From Parvularculaceae bacterium (lineage in GTDB: Bacteria; Pseudomonadota; Alphaproteobacteria; Caulobacterales; Parvularculaceae): DNA of 64,000 nt. Below the pieces are notes generated by a model. That model saw only the letters and a list, made by a program, of their open reading frames with translations. It did no database searches and was not told where the DNA came from. Location of the stretch: positions 190,194-254,193 of the forward strand of contig JAGRDS010000002.1 of assembly GCA_020446945.1 (NCBI GenBank). The letters run 5' to 3'. The stretch's first letter is position 1, and each line of letters opens with the position of its first letter. Positions 44,287 through 51,239 of the stretch are shown here, piece by piece. The position numbers were made by a program, and so were the translations under genes.

Positions 44287-44820
44287 CTAACGCAGCGATT
44301 GCGCGTGCATGCGCCCTTCTTCGATATAATGCAGGGCGCCCGCGCGCGCCTTCAGCGATTCGCCCTCATGCAGATCGCGAAACTTCTTCGCCGGCATGCC
44401 GGCCCACAATTCTCCGGTCGGGACGATTTTCTTCGGCGTCAAAAACGCGCCCGCCGCCAGCATCGCGCCCGTTTTCACGACGGAGCCGTCAAGCATTGTC
44501 GCACCCATGCCGACGAAACCTTCGTCCTCAATGCGCGCGCCATGCAACATGCATCTGTGGCCGATAAGCGCATATTCGCCGATCAGCGTCGGCACGCCGC
44601 CTAGTTCGGGATTGTCGGCGTGAATGATCGTGCCGTCCTGAACGTTAGACCCTTTGCCGACGACAATGCGGTTTGAATCGCCGCGCAGCACGCAGCCATA
44701 CCAGACGGATGCGTTCTCATGCACCTCGACATCGCCGCAGACAATGGCGCCGGGCGCGATAAATGCGCTTGCGTGGATTTTCGGTTTCTTGTCGCCGACC
44801 GCGAAAATGAGTGGTTTCAT
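44287..44820 (-). CDS. Gamma-carbonic-anhydrase-like left-handed beta-helix (hexapeptide) protein. An alternative TTG start at 44838 overlaps the maiA stop.
   Basis: It has hexapeptide repeats and the YrdA/PaaY-like pattern IHASAFIAPGAIVCGDVEVHENASVWYGCVLRGD. Confidence 0.85.
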   Translation of the reverse strand: MKPLIFAVGDKKPKIHASAFIAPGAIVCGDVEVHENASVWYGCVLRGDSNRIVVGKGSNVQDGTIIHADNPELGGVPTLIGEYALIGHRCMLHGARIEDEGFVGMGATMLDGSVVKTGAMLAAGAFLTPKKIVPTGELWAGMPAKKFRDLHEGESLKARAGALHYIEEGRMHAQSLR

Positions 44821-44834
44821 TATCTGTATCCCGA

Positions 44835-45476
44835 TCAAGCCGCGATAGCGTCCGGCTGGTTTTGGGGGTGAGCCTTTTCAAACGCCGCGATCGCATTGCA
44901 GCGTTCGAATATCTCCTTGATGCGCGGGGTCGCGGAAAGATCGACGCCGAAGCGCATCGCGCCGAACACCTGCGGGATCAGGAACGCATCCGCCATGCCC
45001 GGCCTGTCGCCGGCGCAATATGCTCTGTCAGTCGCGCAAAGAAGGCTCTCGACCGTTCTCATGGCGCCGCCCGTCCATCGATCCAGCCAGTCCTGCATCA
45101 TCGCCGCGTCGAACTCGCCTTCTTTTTTGAGGTAGGTTTGAATGCGTAAATTCATAAAGGGCTGCGCTTCGCAGGCGATGACGGCGGCGATGGCGCGCGC
45201 TTTGGCGCGCAGCGAGGCGTCGGCCGGAAGCAGGGGGTTTTCCGGGTAACGTTCTTCAAGATATTCGATGATCGCCGTCGATTGGGTGAGTATCGCGCCT
45301 TCATCGGATTGGAACGCCGGCACGAGCCCTTGCGGATTGCGTTTCAGGTACTCGTCGGAATTTTGTTCGCCCTTCAAGAGATTGATCGGCTCATACTCGA
45401 ATTCAAGCTCTTTCAGATGCAACGCGATGCGCACGCGATAGGTAGCGCTCGATCGCCAATATCCGAACAATTTCAT
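44835..45476 (-). CDS. maiA: Maleylacetoacetate isomerase (GST zeta)
   Basis: 213 aa. It has the zeta-class motif YWRSSATYRVRIAL and NPQGLVPA. It lies next to hppD. Confidence 0.85.
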   Translation of the reverse strand: MKLFGYWRSSATYRVRIALHLKELEFEYEPINLLKGEQNSDEYLKRNPQGLVPAFQSDEGAILTQSTAIIEYLEERYPENPLLPADASLRAKARAIAAVIACEAQPFMNLRIQTYLKKEGEFDAAMMQDWLDRWTGGAMRTVESLLCATDRAYCAGDRPGMADAFLIPQVFGAMRFGVDLSATPRIKEIFERCNAIAAFEKAHPQNQPDAIAA

Positions 45477-45577
45477 GGAGGCCGCCTTTGATAAAATTTG
45501 AGGCGAATTTATTGCTCATTCTTCGTTGAATGCCAAATCATCTTCGCCATGCTCGCCCGCGGCGAAAAGGAGTGACG

Positions 45578-45898
45578 ATGATGCAGGCGGCGGCGGTCGA
45601 AAGTGCTGACACGGGCGCGGATGACGCGCAATGGGCGCGGGAAAACCTGCGCCAGGTCGACGGGCGCTTTGCGCTTGATATCGCCAACGTCCTGCGGCTC
45701 GTCGAATTACACCCGGAATTCCAGGGGCGTTTTAAATACAATGATACGCTCAACAAGGTGATCGACCGCGGGTCCGTGATGATCGAATGGCGCGTCTTTG
45801 AGCTTGTAGCGCAGATCCAGGAGCGGTTCCTGCCGGAAATTCCTTCCGAAATCGCCTACAAGGCGCTCGTCGTCGCAGCCAACAAGGCGACCAAATAG
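45578..45898 (+). CDS. Hypothetical 106-aa protein, reminiscent of the N-terminal region of VapE/VirE-type primase-helicase proteins (possible gene fragment)
   Basis: The ATG at 45578 follows AAAGGAG plus 6 nt. The pattern RFKYNDTLNKVI...W...ALVVAANK resembles, from memory, the segment just before the conserved N-x-FHP motif of VapE-family proteins. The ORF stops exactly there. Confidence 0.4.
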   Translation: MMQAAAVESADTGADDAQWARENLRQVDGRFALDIANVLRLVELHPEFQGRFKYNDTLNKVIDRGSVMIEWRVFELVAQIQERFLPEIPSEIAYKALVVAANKATK

Positions 45899-45922
45899 GA
45901 TCGGTTCGGGGTTGAATCAAAA

Positions 45923-45940
45923 TGGTAACATATGTTACCA
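45923..45940. promoter_or_regulatory. Perfect 18-bp palindrome TGGTAACATATGTTACCA. Candidate operator for the hppD-marR-hydrolase operon.
   Basis: Read directly from the sequence. It ends 30 bp upstream of the hppD ATG, in an AT-rich patch. Confidence 0.6.
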
Positions 45941-45970
45941 ACTGGGCGAAAGCAAAAGCTGGAGCCCTCA

Positions 45971-47038
45971 ATGGCCGATCTTTTCGAAAATCCGCTGGGA
46001 ACCGACGGGTTCGAATTCGTCGAATATACCGGTCCGGACCCTGACGCGCTCGCCGCCCTGTTCGAGCGCATGGGATTTACGGCGATCGCCCGCCATCGTT
46101 CGAAAGACGTCATTCGCTACGTTCAGGGCGATATCAACTTTTTGCTGAACCGCGAAGGCGCCGGCCAGCCGGCCGCGTTCCGCAACCAGCACGGCGCCGG
46201 CGCCAATGCGATGGCGTTTCGCGTCAAGGACGCCGCCTACGCTTTTCGCGAAGCGATCAAGCGCGGCGCCAAGCCGATCGAGGCGAAAACCGGACCGATG
46301 GAGCTGAATATTCCCGGCATCGAGGGGATCGGCGGCCTCAACGTCTATTTCGTCGACCGTTATGGCGCGCGTTCGATCTATGATGTGGATTTCGAACCGA
46401 TAGAAGGCGCCGACCCGAAAACGAACTCGGCGGGCCTTACCTATATCGATCACCTGACGCATAATCTGCGGCGCGGTAATATGAATCTATGGGCGGAGTA
46501 TTATGAGAAGATATTCAATTTCCGCGAAATCCGGTATTTCGATATCGAAGGAAAGCTGACCGGCCTCGTTTCAAAAGCGATGACCAGTCCCTGCGGCAAG
46601 ATCAGAATTCCGCTGAATGAGAGCCAGGACGAAAAATCGCAGATTGAGGAATTCATCGAAAGATATAACGGCGAGGGAATTCAGCATATCGCTCTTGGTA
46701 CGGACGATATTTATAAGACGGTCGAAGATCTCCGCCGCCGCGAAATTCCGTTCCAGTCGACCCTTGACACCTATTATGACGGCGTCGCCGGGCGCGTCGG
46801 CGATCATGGCGAAGACCTCGACCGGCTGAAGACAAACCATATTCTCATCGACGGCGCGCCGACCAAGGGGCAGGGTCTTTTGCTCCAGATATTCACGCAA
46901 GACGCAATCGGCCCGATATTTTTCGAAATCATCCAGCGCAAAGGCAATGAGGGTTTCGGCGAGGGGAATTTCAGGGCGCTGTTTGAATCGATCGAGCTTG
47001 ACCAGATTCGGCGCGGCGTTCTGAAAGAATCCACGTGA
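45971..47038 (+). CDS. hppD: 4-hydroxyphenylpyruvate dioxygenase
   Basis: It reads MADLFENPLGTDGFEFVEY...GIQHIALGTDDI...FFEIIQRKG.EGFGEGNFRALFESIE. The ATG at 45971 follows GGAG. The track start at 45932 is an over-extension. Confidence 0.92.
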   Translation: MADLFENPLGTDGFEFVEYTGPDPDALAALFERMGFTAIARHRSKDVIRYVQGDINFLLNREGAGQPAAFRNQHGAGANAMAFRVKDAAYAFREAIKRGAKPIEAKTGPMELNIPGIEGIGGLNVYFVDRYGARSIYDVDFEPIEGADPKTNSAGLTYIDHLTHNLRRGNMNLWAEYYEKIFNFREIRYFDIEGKLTGLVSKAMTSPCGKIRIPLNESQDEKSQIEEFIERYNGEGIQHIALGTDDIYKTVEDLRRREIPFQSTLDTYYDGVAGRVGDHGEDLDRLKTNHILIDGAPTKGQGLLLQIFTQDAIGPIFFEIIQRKGNEGFGEGNFRALFESIELDQIRRGVLKEST

Positions 47039-47520
47039 CGAAAAAGACCGGCCCGGGCGGCGGGATCGATCTTTCGCAGTTCCTGCCATACAGGATCGCC
47101 GTCCTGGCGCGTTCACTGAGCGAAAAACTGGGCGCGGCCTATGCCGGCGAAGGTCTGACCGTTCCGGAATGGCGCGTTCTCGCAGTCGTAAGCCAGGAAA
47201 GCGCAGTCGCCGCGCGCGACGTGGTCGCGCGCACGCCGATGGACAAAATGGCCGTCAGCCGGGCGGTCGCCTCGCTAGAAAAGAAGGGCCTTGTCGCGCG
47301 CCGGCCGGCGAGCGACCGGCGCGTCTCGGCGATTGAATTGTCGCAGGAGGGGCGGCGCATCTCGCGGCGCGTTGCGGATATCGTCCTGCGCTTCGAGGCG
47401 GATATCGTCGCAGAGCTGACAATCGCCGAACGCGACGCCTTTTTAACACTCCTCGCAAAGTTGGAGAACGCGGCGGACCGGGCGGAAACGCGGCGCAAGG
47501 CGATACGAGCGGCGGAATGA
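47035..47520 (+). CDS. MarR-family transcriptional regulator
   Basis: 161 aa with a winged-helix region (LTVPEWRVLAVVSQ...MDKMAVSRAVASLEKKGLV.R..SDRR). It has a GTGA overlap with hppD. Confidence 0.85.
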   Translation: MTKKTGPGGGIDLSQFLPYRIAVLARSLSEKLGAAYAGEGLTVPEWRVLAVVSQESAVAARDVVARTPMDKMAVSRAVASLEKKGLVARRPASDRRVSAIELSQEGRRISRRVADIVLRFEADIVAELTIAERDAFLTLLAKLENAADRAETRRKAIRAAE

Positions 47521-48437
47521 TCGCGAGGCTGGTTCTCGTTACGCTTTTCGCAGCCATCCTGCCGGCTTGCGTTTCTTTTCCCGATGCGCCGCCGAAAAAT
47601 TTCGCACCGCATATCGAGGACGGTTTCGTCGTCAGCGTTGACGGCGCGCGCCTGGGGCTCGATCAATGGCCGGCGAAAAACGCCAAAGCGGCGATCGTCG
47701 CCGTGCACGGTATGAACGATTATTCGGCGGCCTTCACTTACGCTGGCCCATATTGGTCTGCGCACGGAATAAGCGTCTTCGCCTATGACCAGCGCGGTTT
47801 CGGCCGGTCGGTCGATTTCGGCCGCTGGCCGGGCGGCGATGCTTTGCGCCAGGATCTTCGCGCCGTTATCGCAGCGGTGCGCGCGCAAAATCCCGGCCTG
47901 CCGGTTTATGTCGCCGGCCATTCGATGGGTTCATCGCTCATCATGACGGCGATGCGCGAGGCGCCGCTGGACGTAGACGGCGTCATTCTCGGCGCGCCGG
48001 GCGTATGGGGCGGCGCCGGCATGTCGATATTCTACAGGGCCGCGCTCAATATCGCGGCGACGTTCGCGCCGGGAAAAACCTTGACCGGCGAACGCGCGGG
48101 ACGGCAGGCGTCAGACAATATCGAGTTTTTAAGACGCATGTATGAGGACCCGCTCGTCATCAAGGCGACCCGCCTCGACGCCATACTCGGCGTTGAACGG
48201 CTGATGGGCGAGGCGTATGCGGCCAGCGATGATATCCGCGGCGATATTTTGATGCTTTATGGCGAGAAGGATGACATCATTCCCGTCGGCCTTCTTGAAA
48301 AGACCGCCGGCCGACTTCGCGATACGTCGGACATTCTCGTTTTCAAGGACGGCTGGCACATGATTTTCGCCGATCTCGAACGCGAAATTCCGTTGCAGGC
48401 CGTCGCGGACTGGATCGCGGCCGATCTGGCGGAATGA
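47517..48437 (+). CDS. Alpha/beta hydrolase (lysophospholipase / monoacylglycerol lipase-like), probable lipoprotein
   Basis: 306 aa with a lipobox (AILPAC), the nucleophile elbow GHSMGS and HGMNDY. It has an ATGA overlap with marR. Confidence 0.82.
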   Translation: MIARLVLVTLFAAILPACVSFPDAPPKNFAPHIEDGFVVSVDGARLGLDQWPAKNAKAAIVAVHGMNDYSAAFTYAGPYWSAHGISVFAYDQRGFGRSVDFGRWPGGDALRQDLRAVIAAVRAQNPGLPVYVAGHSMGSSLIMTAMREAPLDVDGVILGAPGVWGGAGMSIFYRAALNIAATFAPGKTLTGERAGRQASDNIEFLRRMYEDPLVIKATRLDAILGVERLMGEAYAASDDIRGDILMLYGEKDDIIPVGLLEKTAGRLRDTSDILVFKDGWHMIFADLEREIPLQAVADWIAADLAE

Positions 48438-48479
48438 AAAGAGAAGCCGCCGCCATGCCTGGAATTGCACAGCCGCGGC

Positions 48480-48660
48480 CTCTCTTACTCTCTACCGCCA
48501 GGGCGAAACGGCATGGGGGGCCGCTTCGCCGTGCTGGCCATATTCGTTGCGGCGGCGCATCCCGGTGCTGGCTAGTGAGGGGAAGCAGGATCCGGGTCGG
48601 CTGGAGGGCGATTGCGCCGCCGCAACTGCACAACTTATAAGTGCAATATGTTAATAAAAA
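48480..48660 (+). ncRNA. Strongly structured convergent intergenic region. Candidate small RNA; strand and ends not established.
   Basis: Hairpin A is 48502-48512/48520-48530 (10 of 11 bp). A perfect 14-bp inverted repeat GTTGCGGCGGCGCA/TGCGCCGCCGCAAC lies at 48546-48559/48613-48626 and encloses a nested CCCGG/CCGGG pair. Hairpin C is TGCAC/GTGCA (48627-48645). An AT-rich tail follows. Confidence 0.25.
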
Positions 48661-48676
48661 GTTTCGCAATCCGGCG

Positions 48677-48997
48677 TCATCGCGGATCGTCGATCCAGGC
48701 GCAGAATTTCTCCGACGAACGAACGCGATCGACGGGCAGGGCGAGGAGCGCGGGGTTCTCATGAGGATGCGCCGCAAGCACGAACGATTTGACCTGATCG
48801 GCCCGCGCCGAGGCCGTTTTGATGATCATCGCGACTTCGTCGGCCTGCTCAACCGCGCCGCGCCATCGGTAGATGGATCGAACGCCCGGCAGGATGTTCA
48901 CGCAGGCCGCCGCGTCCGTTGCGACAAGCCGCGCCGCGAGCGTCTGCGCCGCGGATTCGTCGGGCGCGACGGCGTAAAAAATGATAATCTCATTCAT
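48677..48997 (-). CDS. cutA: Divalent-cation tolerance protein CutA
   Basis: 106 aa reading AACVNILPGVRSIYRWRGAVEQADEVAMIIKT. Confidence 0.88.
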   Translation of the reverse strand: MNEIIIFYAVAPDESAAQTLAARLVATDAAACVNILPGVRSIYRWRGAVEQADEVAMIIKTASARADQVKSFVLAAHPHENPALLALPVDRVRSSEKFCAWIDDPR

Positions 48998-49073
48998 GGC
49001 GTCTCGCTTTCCTCCGGATATTTTCCGGATGCGGCCCGTTATAGCCTGACGCGCGAATTGATCAGGATCGTCG

Positions 49074-49796
49074 ATGCGAAAACTTGATGAAAAGGCCGCT
49101 CTCGTCCTTTTTTCCGGCGGACAGGATTCCTCGACGACGCTGGCCTGGGCGCTGGAAAAGTTTGAACGTGTCGAAACGATCGGGTTCGACTACGGCCAGC
49201 GCCACGCCGTTGAACTTACGGCGCGGCTAAATGTCAGAGACGCCATGGCGTCGATGCGCGCCGATTGGGCCGGGCGGCTCGGGCGCGATGAAGTTGTCGA
49301 TCTGAAAGGTCTCGGCGAGATCAGCGATACGGCGATGACGCGGGAATCGGAAATCTACATCGCAGAAAACGGTTTGCCGACGACATTCGTTCCCGGGCGG
49401 AATCTGGTATTTTTGACGATGGCCGCCGCCGCCGCCTATCGTCGCGATCTCGGCGCGCTCGTCGCTGGAATGTGCGAAACGGATTTTTCCGGCTATCCCG
49501 ATTGCCGGCAGGAGACGCTTGAGGCGCAATTGCGCGCAATCAATCTCGGACTTGACGCCGCGTTCCGGCTCAAAACGCCTTTGATGCATCTAACCAAGGC
49601 GCAAAGCTGGATTCTCGCGGAATCGATCGGCGGTGCGGAGCTTGTCGAGATAATTCTCGAGCTGTCCCATACCTGTTATCGCGGCGAGCGCGGCGAACGG
49701 TTTGACTGGGGTTTCGGCTGCAATGCGTGCCCGGCCTGTGAATTGCGCGCAAAAGGCTGGAGCGATTTCCGCGCCGCGAAAGACCGGGGAAACTGA
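49074..49796 (+). CDS. queC: 7-cyano-7-deazaguanine synthase
   Basis: 240 aa with the PP-loop [12 protein letters not shown] and a C-terminal Cys cluster CYRGE...CNACPAC. Confidence 0.93.
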   Translation: MRKLDEKAALVLFSGGQDSSTTLAWALEKFERVETIGFDYGQRHAVELTARLNVRDAMASMRADWAGRLGRDEVVDLKGLGEISDTAMTRESEIYIAENGLPTTFVPGRNLVFLTMAAAAAYRRDLGALVAGMCETDFSGYPDCRQETLEAQLRAINLGLDAAFRLKTPLMHLTKAQSWILAESIGGAELVEIILELSHTCYRGERGERFDWGFGCNACPACELRAKGWSDFRAAKDRGN

Positions 49797-49801
49797 GGAG
49801 G

Positions 49802-50440
49802 GTGGCTGTTTATTCCGTCAAGGAGTGTTTCCTGACCTTGCAGGGAGAAGGCGCCCAGACAGGGCGCGCCGCCGTATTCCTGCGGTTTTCCGGTTGTAAT
49901 TTGTGGAGCGGGCTTGAGCGCGACCGCAAAGGCGCAGCGTGCGATTTCTGCGATACGGATTTTGTCGGCGTCGACGGCGATGGCGGCGGCAAGTTCGCCG
50001 ATGCGGATCGCCTTGCCGCTCACATCGCCTCGTTCTGGCCGAAGGCGGCTTCGGGGCGCGCACTCGTCGTGTGCACCGGCGGCGAGCCCTTGCTGCAACT
50101 CGACGCGGCGCTGATCGGCGCGCTTCATGCGCGCGGTTTCGAGATCGCCGTTGAAACGAACGGTACGATCGCCGCGCCGGACGGGATCGACTGGATCTGC
50201 GTAAGCCCGAAGGGTGAAAATACGCTGGCGCAAACGCGCGGCGATGAATTGAAACTCGTATTTCCGCAACCGCTCGCGCCGCCTGAACGGTTTGTCCATC
50301 TAGCTTTCAATCATTTCTTCGTGCAGCCGATGGACGGACCTGATCGCGAAAGGAATACGGCGCTTGCGATAGACTATTGCAGAAAAAATCCGCAATGGCG
50401 CCTCAGCGTGCAGACGCACAAGCTGATCGGCATCGCATAG
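49802..50440 (+). CDS. queE: 7-carboxy-7-deazaguanine synthase (radical SAM)
   Basis: 212 aa with a GTG start. It reads VKECFLTLQGEGAQTGRAAVFLRFSGCNLWSG...CDFCDT. Confidence 0.9.
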   Translation: MAVYSVKECFLTLQGEGAQTGRAAVFLRFSGCNLWSGLERDRKGAACDFCDTDFVGVDGDGGGKFADADRLAAHIASFWPKAASGRALVVCTGGEPLLQLDAALIGALHARGFEIAVETNGTIAAPDGIDWICVSPKGENTLAQTRGDELKLVFPQPLAPPERFVHLAFNHFFVQPMDGPDRERNTALAIDYCRKNPQWRLSVQTHKLIGIA

Positions 50441-50448
50441 GTGCGCAA

Positions 50449-51138
50449 TCAGGCGGCCTGTGTTTTTTCGTGCAATTTCGCAATCAGGAACTGTGCGTCC
50501 CTGCAATAGGCGTTGGCGACGCGGTCGGCTTTTTTGAGCGCCCCGTCCAGCTCGTCGATTGTCGCGGCGATTTCCTCGTAAGAGGAAAAGGCGTCGCGCG
50601 GCGGATTGATGTTAAGGCCCTTTTGCGTGACGTCGAGGCGGCATGGCGACACGGAATAGTGCGCCTTACCGCCGAGCTTGACGTCGATCTGGCGCTGCGA
50701 CCTTCCGATCAGCATCGCGGCGCGTTCATCGACCGTTTCAACCGTGTTGTTGATCGACAGCCGCAATTCGTCAAAGCTCTCCGCGAGCAGCGCGCGCGCG
50801 CCGGCTTCTTCTGAATCGTTCGCCGACAGCGCGACTTCATAGGCCTGCTCGATTATGTCGCGAATGGCGTCGATCGAGAACAGCGCCGATTCGATCGCGG
50901 CAAGCGTTTCGCGAACATTGTCGGGTTTGCCGGCAGGGCCGGCGGCGCTTTTCTTGCGGGCCTCGCCGGCGCCGGCGGTGCGCCGCAAGGCGCGATCAAG
51001 GCCCGCAGCGACATCCATTGCCGGCAAATCCAGCTCGTCCTGCTGGCGGGCGGCCAGCCCGAACAGGCCGGCAAGCGGGCTGCGCTTCGCCTTGCGTCCG
51101 GAATCGCCGGTTGCGCCGTCATTCGAATTGAACGCCAC
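50449..51138 (-). CDS. Hypothetical protein with flagellin-D1-like helical segments and a disordered basic N-terminus
   Basis: 229 aa. By eye, IESALFSIDAIRDIIEQAYEVALSANDSEE...FDELRLSINNTVETV and IDELDGALKKADRVANAY resemble flagellin N- and C-terminal D1 helices. The terminal D0 segments appear absent. This is a weak call. Confidence 0.4.
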   Translation of the reverse strand: MAFNSNDGATGDSGRKAKRSPLAGLFGLAARQQDELDLPAMDVAAGLDRALRRTAGAGEARKKSAAGPAGKPDNVRETLAAIESALFSIDAIRDIIEQAYEVALSANDSEEAGARALLAESFDELRLSINNTVETVDERAAMLIGRSQRQIDVKLGGKAHYSVSPCRLDVTQKGLNINPPRDAFSSYEEIAATIDELDGALKKADRVANAYCRDAQFLIAKLHEKTQAA

Positions 51139-51239
51139 GGATACTCCTCACTCGTCGATAGGCGCCAGGCCGACGCGACGAGGTTAAGTCTTGTCGATTG
51201 AAGGCCCGTTAAGGGCTTGGGGAAATTTTCGGCTTTGCG

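Noticed and set aside
45923-45940. The hppD palindrome TGGTAACATATGTTACCA as a Zur box.
   Set aside because: The half-sites are in the opposite arrangement (TAACAT-ATGTTA rather than ATGTTAT-ATAACAT) and the downstream genes are not metal-related. I interpret it instead as a MarR-type operator candidate.
48540-48630. SRP (4.5S) RNA or cobalamin riboswitch, suggested by GGUGCUG..GGGGAAGCAGG..CCGGG..GCUGGAGGG and CCGCAACUGCA.
   Set aside because: The SRP domain IV helix with its GGAA tetraloop (UCC-GGAA-GGA-AGCAGCC) cannot be formed. No B12 box is present and no downstream plus-strand gene exists. I kept it only as an unclassified structured region.
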